From assembly GCA_964567445.1 (NCBI GenBank), contig CAZMMR010000002.1:1-35108 (forward strand): DNA of 35,108 bases, read 5' to 3'. Of the stretch, positions 23,068 to 31,223 are shown one piece after another. The first letter of the stretch is position 1; every line of letters begins with the position of its first letter. Origin of the DNA: an uncultured Pseudomonadales bacterium (GTDB lineage Bacteria; Patescibacteriota; Microgenomatia; UBA1400; PJMF01). The translations under genes and the position numbers were made by a program. The notes below the pieces were generated by a model. It did no database searches and was not told the DNA's origin. It saw nothing but the letters and a program-made list of their open reading frames with translations.

Positions 23068-24132
23068 CTACTCTTGTTCACCCAACCAACGCTCTGCGTC
23101 TAGGGCAGTGGCGGCACCAAGTCCAGCAGCAGTAATAGCTTGCCAATAATGGACATCAGTAATGTCACCAGCGGCAAAAACACCGGGTACAGATGTCATG
23201 CTCGGGAACTTAACTAAACCATGCTCATTTAACCGTTGTTTAGATAATTCTATACCAAGCCGTGACAAATTGTGGCCGGTAACAACATAGCCTTTTTTAT
23301 CTAGCTGCAACTGATCCTTAAATAACAAAGACACAGGGTGATGACCAATAGCTAAAAAGACACCATCAGCCGACAAACTTTTTTCTTCTCCTTCTTGTTC
23401 AACAACAATCGACTCCACCACTTGGTCGCCTTTAACCTCTTTTAGACTAGTGTTCCACATAACTTCTATGTGCTCATGATTTAAAACCCGCTGCCTCATG
23501 ATAAGGCTAGCTCTAAACTGTCCGCGTCGATGAATGACAGTCACATCATCAGTAAAGTTAGCTAAAGCTAAAGCATCTTCCATGGCGCTGTCGCCGCCTC
23601 CAATAACAAATACTTTTTTATCTTTGAAAAAGGCGGCATCACAAACTGCACATACACTCACTCCTTGCCCAAAAAACTTATCTTCTCCAGGAACATGAGA
23701 GCGATTAGCCGCTGCTCCAGTGCAAGCTATGACAGCATCAGCGGTGAAATCAGGGTCAGTTTGTCGTAAAATTTGACCAACTTTTTTAATTTTGGACTCA
23801 TCTTCATTTCTAAAATCGTTAGCGTTATACCCCTCTGGAAAATGGGCCCAGATTTTGAAGGGACGCTGAGAAAAATCAACAGCTGTTACTAATTGTTGCT
23901 CAACCTTAGTACCAAAACGCTCTGCCTGTTGTTTAAAGTTGGCCATAAGTTTTGGCCCCATTACGCCCTGCGGGAAACCAGGAAAATTCTCAACTTCTCT
24001 GGTATACATTAACTGCCCACCACTTTCGACACCGGCAAATAACACTGGCTCTAATTGAGCCCGACTACTATATATTGCTGAAGTGTAGCCAGCCGGACCC
24101 GAACCAATAATAACTAACTTTTGATGAGACAT
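23068..24132 (-). CDS. trxB: Thioredoxin reductase (low-Mr type) with two insertions
   Basis: It has the FAD motif IIGSGPAGYT, the redox-active CAVCD, NAD(P)H-site GGGDSAMEDA...HRRGQFRA, and GVFAAGD. The start is set at the ATG at 24132 (MSHQKLVII), preceded by AAAGGAA. Confidence 0.9.
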   Translation of the reverse strand: MSHQKLVIIGSGPAGYTSAIYSSRAQLEPVLFAGVESGGQLMYTREVENFPGFPQGVMGPKLMANFKQQAERFGTKVEQQLVTAVDFSQRPFKIWAHFPEGYNANDFRNEDESKIKKVGQILRQTDPDFTADAVIACTGAAANRSHVPGEDKFFGQGVSVCAVCDAAFFKDKKVFVIGGGDSAMEDALALANFTDDVTVIHRRGQFRASLIMRQRVLNHEHIEVMWNTSLKEVKGDQVVESIVVEQEGEEKSLSADGVFLAIGHHPVSLLFKDQLQLDKKGYVVTGHNLSRLGIELSKQRLNEHGLVKFPSMTSVPGVFAAGDITDVHYWQAITAAGLGAATALDAERWLGEQE

Positions 24133-24169
24133 AACATTTCCTTTAAACTTAAATAGTAATAGGCTTGTT

Positions 24170-24520
24170 TTAAGCTGTAGCCTGCTCAATCATATTACGG
24201 TAACCGTCTTCTCCAGGAAAACCGATCTGTTTAGCTATCTGCTTAACCTCTCCATCTTCATAGTTAAGCACCAAAACCGTAGGAATACTCATTACTCCAT
24301 ACTGGCCGGCAGTTTGTCTATTCTTATCAACATTTACTTTAGCCACCATGATATCATCGCGATATTCATCTGCCAATTTATCTATGATAGGAGCTGCCAT
24401 TTGGCAAGGTCCACACCAATCAGCATAAAAATCAACCATAACTGGTTTGCCGGCTTCTTTGATACTATCCATAAAATTGTCATCAGTTAAATGAACAGCT
24501 CCCTGATTATTGTCTGACAT
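24170..24520 (-). CDS. trxA: Thioredoxin
   Basis: 116 aa with the active site WCGPC, and an AAAGGAA SD. Confidence 0.93.
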   Translation of the reverse strand: MSDNNQGAVHLTDDNFMDSIKEAGKPVMVDFYADWCGPCQMAAPIIDKLADEYRDDIMVAKVNVDKNRQTAGQYGVMSIPTVLVLNYEDGEVKQIAKQIGFPGEDGYRNMIEQATA

Positions 24521-24555
24521 AATATTCCTTTGTTAATTATTAGTAATTTATATTG

Positions 24556-24580
24556 GACTTATTGCCAAATAGGTCTATTT
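24556..24580. promoter_or_regulatory. Core of the 35-bp repeat plus an AAATAG-gt-CTATTT inverted repeat, in the csoR-trxA spacer
   Basis: GACTTATTGCCAAATAG (24556..24572) matches GACTTATTGCGAAATAG of the copy at 34064..34080 at 16 of 17 positions. It is in the same orientation relative to the downstream minus-strand gene as copy A. Confidence 0.5.
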
Positions 24581-24594
24581 TCTTAAACTTTAAA

Positions 24595-24858
24595 CTAATG
24601 TTTAAAAACTTCTTTTAAAATTTCATCTAACTGCTGCAGATTTTTTTCTTGACTGCAGCGGCTGGCTTCGTGACTCAAGAGATCGCGAGCCACCCTCCCT
24701 AATGAATTGCGAGCGGCTCCTACTTGCCGAACAATATCGATGCAAGCGCGATCATCCTCGTACATACGAATCAGTCCGTCAATTTGACCCCTAATTCTTT
24801 TGAGTTGGGATAAAATTGGATTTGTTTTACTTGAAGTTTGTTTTGGTTTTTGAGTCAT
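24595..24858 (-). CDS. CsoR/RcnR/FrmR-family (DUF156) metal- or thiol-sensing transcriptional repressor
   Basis: 87 aa. RIRGQIDGLIRMYEDDRACIDIVRQVGAARNSLGRVARDLLSHEASRC shows the family helix pattern. Candidate ligand residues are C39, H63 and C68 by my count. Confidence 0.85.
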   Translation of the reverse strand: MTQKPKQTSSKTNPILSQLKRIRGQIDGLIRMYEDDRACIDIVRQVGAARNSLGRVARDLLSHEASRCSQEKNLQQLDEILKEVFKH

Positions 24859-24869
24859 AACTGTTTACA

Positions 24870-24898
24870 AGTATACCCCCCATGGGTATGTAAGTCAA
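24870..24898 (-). promoter_or_regulatory. Near-consensus sigma70-type promoter of the CsoR-family gene
   Basis: The minus strand reads TTGACT (24898..24893), a 17-nt spacer, then TATACT (24875..24870). Only 11 nt separate the -10 box from the ATG at 24858 and there is no SD, so the leader would be very short. Confidence 0.6.
24873..24889. promoter_or_regulatory. Candidate CsoR-family operator (C/G-tract pseudo-palindrome)
   Basis: ATACCCCCCATGGGTAT consists of arms ATACCC/GGGTAT around CCCAT and includes the perfect palindrome CCCATGGG. It lies entirely within the promoter spacer/-10 region. Confidence 0.55.
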
Positions 24899-24930
24899 GG
24901 AGAGCTTGTCTTAAAACTATCCCGTAATTA

Positions 24931-26745
24931 CTAATCATGAGCATTAGTCTTAACTTGTTGTTGCAGCTGAACAATTTTGTTTAAGAAATCGGATAATTTC
25001 TGTTCTTGCTCCTGCGTCTTATCTTTAATTCTTTCAAGATCACGGATCTGGTCGTTTATCTTATCGATTCTCTTTTTGACCACTAGCTGCCGATATTTAT
25101 CCAGGGATTGACCCCATTCTTTCTTTAAATCGATATTTTCCGCTTGAGAAGCAAACTCAGGATGTTCAACCCATCTCATCAAAGCCGCTTTCAAATCTTC
25201 TGGAAGAGTCCGAGCAAAATCTTTAAGTTGATATTCTTGTTTGTATTGAAGTAGACGTTTAATCAGAGCTTTTCCTTCTGGGTTATGCAACCGCAGTTTA
25301 GCTAACTCATTGGGTTTGCCTGCAATATCTTCTTGATCAAAATTAAATAATAAAAACAGCAAGTAATCTTCTAAACGGGCAATTGGATTATTGTCTTGCT
25401 TGTCCTGGGTTTGATTTTTTTGTCGCCGCTGATTTATATGAGACCGTTTTTTCTGACCAAAATTACGAATATCATCAGCAATAATGGAGCTAGAGACTCT
25501 TAATTTTTCTGCCAGTTTTTTAAGATAAAAGTCTTTTTCTACTTGATGTTCAATATTGTTTAGTACTGGTGCCAATTCATCTATAATATGGCGGCGGCCA
25601 CTAGCACTATCGGATTGATATTTTCTTAGATTAACATCGATTAAAAAATCATAGGCAGACATAGCGCTTTTAACCACTTCTTTCCACAAGTTAGGATCTT
25701 GATGAATGAGCTCATCAGCATCTTTAGCTTCAACTTCTCCCTCAATATTAGATAAATCAATCACCCTCAAATCTAGACCGGTGCCTCTAATGACCTCTAT
25801 CGCTCTCTTGGTTGCCTTGACTCCAGCTTGATCAGAATCTAAAGACAAGACAACTTTATCAACCGTTCTATTTAAAAGCTTAGCCTGTCCCTCAGTTAAA
25901 GCAGAACCCTTAATAGCAACAATATTACCAACGTGAACTTGAGAGGAAGAAATTACGTCAAATTCACCCTCTGTTACAATCACTTCTTTTTTCTTACGAA
26001 TCTCCTGATACAACTCATGATAACCATATAAAGTTTTAGCTTTGTGATAGAGCTTAGTCTCTGGCGTGTTGATGTACTTTGGTTGATCCTCATCTTTATT
26101 GAGAATTCTGCCCGAAAAGCCAACGATCTGTCCTCGGTGGTTTTTAAGCGGGAAGACGACTCGATTGCGAAATCGATCGTAATATCGGCCAGTCCTGCTT
26201 TTTAAAATTAGACCCGTTTTTAAAACTGTTTCAGGCTTAAAATTCTTTTTTTTAGTAAGGAAACTAGTGAGACCATCCCAAGCCGGTAAAGCGCAGCCTA
26301 ATTGAAAAAGTTTAATCGAAGCTTGGTTAATCCCGCGGTTTTTTAAATAGTCTCTTACTTTTTCTCCTAACTTATGCTCCGTTAAAAGGTAATGGTAATA
26401 TCTACTAGATAACTCCAAGATTTGCAGAAGGGTCTCCCGCAGTTTGTCATCTTGAGTCTTTTGGTATTTTTTGAGTTCAATTCCAGCTCGATCTGCAAGA
26501 TTTTCTAAAGCTTCTAAAAAACTCATGCCCTCGTATTGCTCTAGAAACTCGATGACGTCACCGCTGGCTCCACAGCCAAAACATTTGTAACGTTGAATTT
26601 CAGGGTTAACAAAAAAACTCGGGGAGTTTTCGGAATGAAATGGACATAAAGCTTTATAACTAGAACCAGATCGCTTCAAATCAAGGCGCTCACCAATGAT
26701 TGAAACAATATCAACTGCATCTTTAATTTCGTTTACCTGGGACAT
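24931..26745 (-). CDS. dnaG: DNA primase
   Basis: 604 aa. It has the zinc finger CPFHSENSPSF...CFGCGASGD and a TOPRIM domain (VTEGEFDVIS ... SLDSDQAG). Confidence 0.93.
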   Translation of the reverse strand: MSQVNEIKDAVDIVSIIGERLDLKRSGSSYKALCPFHSENSPSFFVNPEIQRYKCFGCGASGDVIEFLEQYEGMSFLEALENLADRAGIELKKYQKTQDDKLRETLLQILELSSRYYHYLLTEHKLGEKVRDYLKNRGINQASIKLFQLGCALPAWDGLTSFLTKKKNFKPETVLKTGLILKSRTGRYYDRFRNRVVFPLKNHRGQIVGFSGRILNKDEDQPKYINTPETKLYHKAKTLYGYHELYQEIRKKKEVIVTEGEFDVISSSQVHVGNIVAIKGSALTEGQAKLLNRTVDKVVLSLDSDQAGVKATKRAIEVIRGTGLDLRVIDLSNIEGEVEAKDADELIHQDPNLWKEVVKSAMSAYDFLIDVNLRKYQSDSASGRRHIIDELAPVLNNIEHQVEKDFYLKKLAEKLRVSSSIIADDIRNFGQKKRSHINQRRQKNQTQDKQDNNPIARLEDYLLFLLFNFDQEDIAGKPNELAKLRLHNPEGKALIKRLLQYKQEYQLKDFARTLPEDLKAALMRWVEHPEFASQAENIDLKKEWGQSLDKYRQLVVKKRIDKINDQIRDLERIKDKTQEQEQKLSDFLNKIVQLQQQVKTNAHD

Positions 26746-26933
26746 AACGTTTGTTGTTTTGATCTAGTTATTATTATTTACACAATACTACAATCACACT
26801 TAAATCTCTAGCAGTTAAATCTAATGGATGAGTTTAATTAGCCGAACCACTGGCAGTTTAATTAGGATTTATCTCTGTCAAGAAAAGATTTATAATAGAA
26901 GGAGAGTATTAATTAGTTTAGGAGAAAAAAAAT

Positions 26934-27308
26934 ATGGCTAAGAAAAAAGCACAGAAAAAGTCCAGTGGCTCAAAAAAGCAAGAAATTTATGATACCCCCT
27001 TTAACACATACTTTTGCCGTTTAGATAAAATCGATAAGGGCAAGCGTTATTCTAAAGAATACGGCTCAATGTTAATTCTAGGATTGGTTGAAGAAATTGG
27101 CGAGATGGCGAGAGCCTATTTAGCCAAGCATGGCAGGAAAAAGTCTAATGTCGCTGCCCAGATGGATGAAACTTACCAACAAGAATTAGGTGATATTCTC
27201 GTGGCTATTATCCGCTTTGCCCGCATTAAAAACATCAACCTACATGAGAGAATTGTTTATACTCTTGATAAGATTGATAAGCGTAAAGAAAAGCCTAAAC
27301 AACCCTAA
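26934..27308 (+). CDS. MazG-like nucleotide pyrophosphohydrolase (small single-domain form)
   Basis: 124 aa. It shows the pattern LVEEIGEMARAY ... ELGDILVAIIRFA (E-x2-E ... E-x2-D) and an AGGAG SD upstream. Confidence 0.7.
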   Translation: MAKKKAQKKSSGSKKQEIYDTPFNTYFCRLDKIDKGKRYSKEYGSMLILGLVEEIGEMARAYLAKHGRKKSNVAAQMDETYQQELGDILVAIIRFARIKNINLHERIVYTLDKIDKRKEKPKQP

Positions 27309-27322
27309 GAGGAGAGTAATCA

Positions 27323-27706
27323 CTAAGGATGGTTCGTCATGATACAAGCCTGGGTTTGAGTTTGGATATCATGCTCTAAGCAATAATTAAGAAGAGAGTT
27401 ATCCTCACTTCCAGGCTGAAACCAAACTTTATCAATCCCTAGTTTAACCACTTGTTCTAATACCTGCCGTCCAATGTGTGGAGGTACAACCATAACCACT
27501 ACATCAATTTCGATTGGAATGTCTTGTAAGGTTTGATAGACTTTATTACCAAGCAAATGACCGCCTTTGGGGTTAATTGGATAAACCTGGTACTTATTGC
27601 TCAATAAATCCTGATAAACTTTAAAGCCATACTTAGACTGATCATGAGAAGCCCCAACCACCCCGTAAACATGGTCCTGGCAAATAAAGTCTAATTTTTT
27701 ATTCAT
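27323..27706 (-). CDS. CoA-binding domain protein (YccU/YneT-like)
   Basis: 127 aa. The sequence is VGASHDQSKYGFKVYQDLL..YQVYPINPKG...VDVVVMVVPP. Its start overlaps the upstream stop by 8 nt (ATGAATAA). Confidence 0.8.
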   Translation of the reverse strand: MNKKLDFICQDHVYGVVGASHDQSKYGFKVYQDLLSNKYQVYPINPKGGHLLGNKVYQTLQDIPIEIDVVVMVVPPHIGRQVLEQVVKLGIDKVWFQPGSEDNSLLNYCLEHDIQTQTQACIMTNHP

Positions 27707-28838
27707 GCTCAGGTTGAAAGTAGCGGAAAATTTGACTTAATTTGTTTTCGATTTCGCTCGCAGAAGCTTGCTGAGTGTTGTTAATAACCCAACTCTGTCC
27801 AAAGCCATCTTGTTCAATTTGCTCCTGTAAAGACTTTTGTTTTTCAGAGAAGGTATACTGACTATCTAATCTTCTTTGAATCTGTTCTTGATTAAGATCA
27901 CGCTCTGTAAGTCGTTTTTTTTGTGTCCTATCGTCTGTTTTAATCAAGCAAACATGATTGTTAGACAAGAAAGTCATGTTGGCCTCAATAATTAAAGCAG
28001 CATTAAGTAAAATTAAACCCTCTTTACCATAAAGTTCGCGTTTAATTCTCACTAGCAAAGGCTTTTCCATAATTTGATTCAAGCGCCTTAATTTATCATA
28101 GTCATTAAAAACAATTTCGCCTAAAACCTTTCGGTTAATGCCGCCATCATTATTTTTAACTCGACTACCAAACTCACTAGCAATGGTATCGCGTACCTGA
28201 TGATATTTGGGCTGTGGCAATTCTTGGTAAATCTGATGAGTGACGTAGTCCAGATCAATGTGATGTACTGGCACACCTTGCTTTTTCCCCAGTTCCACAA
28301 AGCGCTCACTAACATAGGATTTGCCAGCTCCTATCTCTCCAGTAATAGCCACAATATGCTGATTACTCATTTTTTCTTCTAAAGCTTGTTTAACATTAAG
28401 AGGAACATATTCATGAATTAAGCCCTGTTCTTTTTGCATCTGTTTAACAGCACTAGAACTAACATGAGCTAACTGCGGTCTAGCAATTAAGATAAAAGTA
28501 TCGATGCCCAATTCTTGCGACTCTCCCATGTGGTAGAGGTTAGTTTCGTACTCAAAATCAGAGGGATTGCGCACACCCTTAACTATAACGTCAGCTCCGA
28601 CTTCGTAAGCAAAATCTATTAATAGGCCACGAAAACTGACTACCTTAACTTTAGGCAAACCAACCAAAGCTTGCTGAGCTAACTTAGCTCGTTCTTGAAG
28701 AGAGAATAGATAATTTTTGTCGGGGTTGAGGCCAATCGCTACTACTAATTCATCAAAAACATCCGCTGCTCGCAGGATAATATCGATGTGACCATAAGTA
28801 ATTGGGTCTCCAGAAAAGGCGTAGGTGGCTTTGGACAT
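27699..28838 (-). CDS. coaD/coaE: Bifunctional phosphopantetheine adenylyltransferase / dephospho-CoA kinase (CoaD-CoaE fusion)
   Basis: The N-terminal half, YAFSGDPITYGHIDIILRAADVFDELVVAIG...SDFEYE...VSSSAVK, is colinear with E. coli CoaD (T/HxGH and ISSS motifs). The C-terminal half starts with the DPCK P-loop IVAITGEIGAGKS, then HIDLD. The start is set at the ATG at 28838, which is TATAAT plus 7 nt; the track start at 28871 would run into the upstream terminator. Confidence 0.88.
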   Translation of the reverse strand: MSKATYAFSGDPITYGHIDIILRAADVFDELVVAIGLNPDKNYLFSLQERAKLAQQALVGLPKVKVVSFRGLLIDFAYEVGADVIVKGVRNPSDFEYETNLYHMGESQELGIDTFILIARPQLAHVSSSAVKQMQKEQGLIHEYVPLNVKQALEEKMSNQHIVAITGEIGAGKSYVSERFVELGKKQGVPVHHIDLDYVTHQIYQELPQPKYHQVRDTIASEFGSRVKNNDGGINRKVLGEIVFNDYDKLRRLNQIMEKPLLVRIKRELYGKEGLILLNAALIIEANMTFLSNNHVCLIKTDDRTQKKRLTERDLNQEQIQRRLDSQYTFSEKQKSLQEQIEQDGFGQSWVINNTQQASASEIENKLSQIFRYFQPEHE

Positions 28839-28845
28839 GGACTCT

Positions 28846-28851
28846 ATTATA
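28846..28851 (-). promoter_or_regulatory. -10 box TATAAT positioned for a leaderless coaD/coaE mRNA
   Basis: The minus strand reads ggtTTATAATagagtccATG, with 7 nt to the ATG at 28838 and no SD. Confidence 0.45.
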
Positions 28852-28860
28852 AACCTTGAA

Positions 28861-28897
28861 TAACAAAACAAAAACCGCAGCCAAAAAGACCGCGGTT
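28861..28897 (-). terminator. Rho-independent terminator downstream of the acetyl-CoA synthetase gene
   Basis: The minus-strand RNA AACCGCGG-ucuuuuugg-CUGCGGUU forms 8 bp including one G-U, followed by UUUGUUUUGUU. Confidence 0.6.
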
Positions 28898-28920
28898 TTA
28901 AAACTGATATTTTTATTTAT

Positions 28921-31023
28921 TTACTCTTCAATAACAACTCTGACATCTAAGACTTTGGCACCTTCACCTTCGGGCAAAGCCATGAGCGGATTAATATCTA
29001 GTTCTTTGATCTCTGGGAAATCCGATACCAATTGAGCCAAACGACCAATGCATTCTACTAATGCCTGTTTGTCTCGAGGCGCTTCACCGCGTACACCTGC
29101 AAAGAGCTCAGCTGTCTTTAAACTATCAATCATATCTTTGGCATCATCCGCTGTGACTGGAGCATAAGCAAAATTGACATCTTTTAGCACCTCAACATAA
29201 ATACCGCCTAAACCAAACATGACCATTGTGCCTAATCCTGGTGCTTTATTAACACCCAAAATGACCTCGGTGCCATTGTCAGGCGCCATTTCCATAAGTA
29301 GGACACCCTCTAAATCAGCATCAGGTTTGTTGCCACTTACAACTTTCATCATTTCTTGAAATTTAGCAACAACATCATCAGCTGTCACATTTAACATGAC
29401 ACCACCAACATCACTTTTGTGCAAAATATCTTCAGAGACAATCTTCATAGCCAACTTACCTCCAATTTTTTGAGCAATTTTCTCTGCCTCTTTGGGGCCA
29501 GTAGCAACTTCGCTTTGTAAAAGAGGAAAATTGTAGGCTTTCATAATTTCCATTGCCTGTGCTTCGGGGAATGCTGTCTGACCTTTGGCTTTTGCTTTTG
29601 CAAAAATTTGAGCCACCTTATCTTGATCGACATCATCAAAACTTAAAGCCGGTTGCTTTTCTTGTTGAGTCCAATTGGCAAATTGGCTAAACTTAGCTAA
29701 ACCCTTAGCACCTGGTTCGGGAAAGGAAGTGGTGGTAATTCCAGCTTCATTCATAAGTTCCACACCTGGCTTAACTGTTGGCGCTCCCATGAAACTAACA
29801 ACAATTGGCTTATTAGTCTCTTGGCGAACAGCAATAATAGCCTTGGCTGTTTCTTTTATTTCTGTCATTGATTGAGGCGTTAGAACCACCATAATCGAAT
29901 CAACATTGTCATCAGCAATTAATGTTTTTAAAGCAAACTCATAACGGTCGGCTCGGGCATCTCCTAAAACATCAACTGGATTATAAGCACTAGCGGCTTC
30001 TGGTAAGAATTCTTCTAGTTTTTTCTTAGTATCATCTTTAATTTCAGCCATCTGCAGGCCATTGTCGGTAGCTTCATCAGTGGTTAAAACACCAGGTCCC
30101 CCAGCATTGGTGATAATAGCAACATTATCTACATCAACCAATTCATTGCGAGAGAAAACTTGAGCAAAATCGAACAACTCTTTAATGCTGTTAGCTCGAA
30201 TCATACCCGCCTGCTTAAACAAGGCTTCATAAGCAGCATCGCCACCAGCTAAAGAACCGGTATGAGAAGCTATCGCTCCCGCTCCAGCTTCGGTTCGCCC
30301 AGATTTTAAAACAATAACCGGTTTAGGATTGGGACCGCGATTAATCTTTTTTAAAGTAGCAATCATTTCTGGAGCATTCTGCAGTTCCTCAGCATACATT
30401 AAAATAACTTTGGTTTGCTCATCCTGCGCTAAATATTTAATAAGCTTTAGCTCATCAATATCGGCTTTGTTACCAATAGAAATAAATTTAGAGAAGCCAA
30501 TTCCCAAATCCTGAGCGTAATCTAAAACAGCAGTACATAAAGCACCACTTTGAGACATAAAAGCTACGTGGCCCAACTTTGGCATCAGTTTAGCAAAAGA
30601 AGCATTCATTTGAATTTCTGGATTAATAGCACCTAAACAGTTTGGTCCAACTAAAGCTACATTGTTATCGGCGCAAACTTTCTGTAGTTCCTCCTCTAGT
30701 TCCAGCTTTCCAATCTCTTTAAAACCGGCAGAAATAACAATAGCGGCTTTAGCCCCTTTTTGAGCGGCAACTTTGATATTTTGAGGGACATATTTGGCCG
30801 GAATAGCTACTACTACCAAATCGATTTCTTGTTCTACCTCACTAATATCATGCTTAACCTTTAAACCATAAAGTTCATCTATTTTGGGATTGATGGGAAT
30901 AATATTGCCCTCATAACCCTGGCTGGTCAAGTTTTTAACAACATCATTACCGACTGTCTTCTTGCGAGAAGAGGCGCCAATGATGGCAATAGTCTTTGGA
31001 TAAAAAATAGGATTGAGATCCAT
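28921..31023 (-). CDS. acd: Acetate--CoA ligase (ADP-forming), fused alpha/beta NDP-forming acyl-CoA synthetase
   Basis: 700 aa. It has an N-terminal CoA-binding fold (IAIIGASSRKKTVGN), SQSGALCTA, the phosphohistidine loop IASHTGSLAGG, and a C-terminal ATP-grasp half. Confidence 0.9.
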   Translation of the reverse strand: MDLNPIFYPKTIAIIGASSRKKTVGNDVVKNLTSQGYEGNIIPINPKIDELYGLKVKHDISEVEQEIDLVVVAIPAKYVPQNIKVAAQKGAKAAIVISAGFKEIGKLELEEELQKVCADNNVALVGPNCLGAINPEIQMNASFAKLMPKLGHVAFMSQSGALCTAVLDYAQDLGIGFSKFISIGNKADIDELKLIKYLAQDEQTKVILMYAEELQNAPEMIATLKKINRGPNPKPVIVLKSGRTEAGAGAIASHTGSLAGGDAAYEALFKQAGMIRANSIKELFDFAQVFSRNELVDVDNVAIITNAGGPGVLTTDEATDNGLQMAEIKDDTKKKLEEFLPEAASAYNPVDVLGDARADRYEFALKTLIADDNVDSIMVVLTPQSMTEIKETAKAIIAVRQETNKPIVVSFMGAPTVKPGVELMNEAGITTTSFPEPGAKGLAKFSQFANWTQQEKQPALSFDDVDQDKVAQIFAKAKAKGQTAFPEAQAMEIMKAYNFPLLQSEVATGPKEAEKIAQKIGGKLAMKIVSEDILHKSDVGGVMLNVTADDVVAKFQEMMKVVSGNKPDADLEGVLLMEMAPDNGTEVILGVNKAPGLGTMVMFGLGGIYVEVLKDVNFAYAPVTADDAKDMIDSLKTAELFAGVRGEAPRDKQALVECIGRLAQLVSDFPEIKELDINPLMALPEGEGAKVLDVRVVIEE

Positions 31024-31183
31024 ATTATTCCTTTCGTTACAGAAAAAAGTAAATATTAATTGTAGGCAATGTTGACATTTTAAACTGAATGCTATGTAAA
31101 AATTAAGTAGCAGTTAACCTGACCCACTAGCAATTTTCGAATTCACATTCTACCGACCCTCCTTTGTACAGGCTAAAGAAAGT

Positions 31184-31212
31184 ATTTTAAGACAATGATT
31201 TGATTCTGGCAA
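31184..31212 (-). promoter_or_regulatory. Candidate sigma70-type promoter upstream of acd, giving a 5' UTR of about 150 nt
   Basis: The minus strand reads TTGCCA (31212..31207), a 17-nt spacer, then TAAAAT (31189..31184). It lies immediately downstream of the protease stop. Confidence 0.4.
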
Positions 31213-31223
31213 AACCAAATAGA

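Noticed and set aside
22863-23081. A 72-aa track ORF filling the trxB-gdh spacer. Its last 13 codons (MHSYFATSLLTSN, 22863..22904) have a same-length counterpart in the second repeat copy (MHSYFAISLLIDQ, 34047..34088).
   Set aside because: It has no SD, its composition looks non-coding, and it overlaps the trxB 3' end. The shared 13-codon frame follows from the DNA repeat itself, and the equal length may be coincidence. I treat it as non-coding unless ribosome profiling says otherwise.
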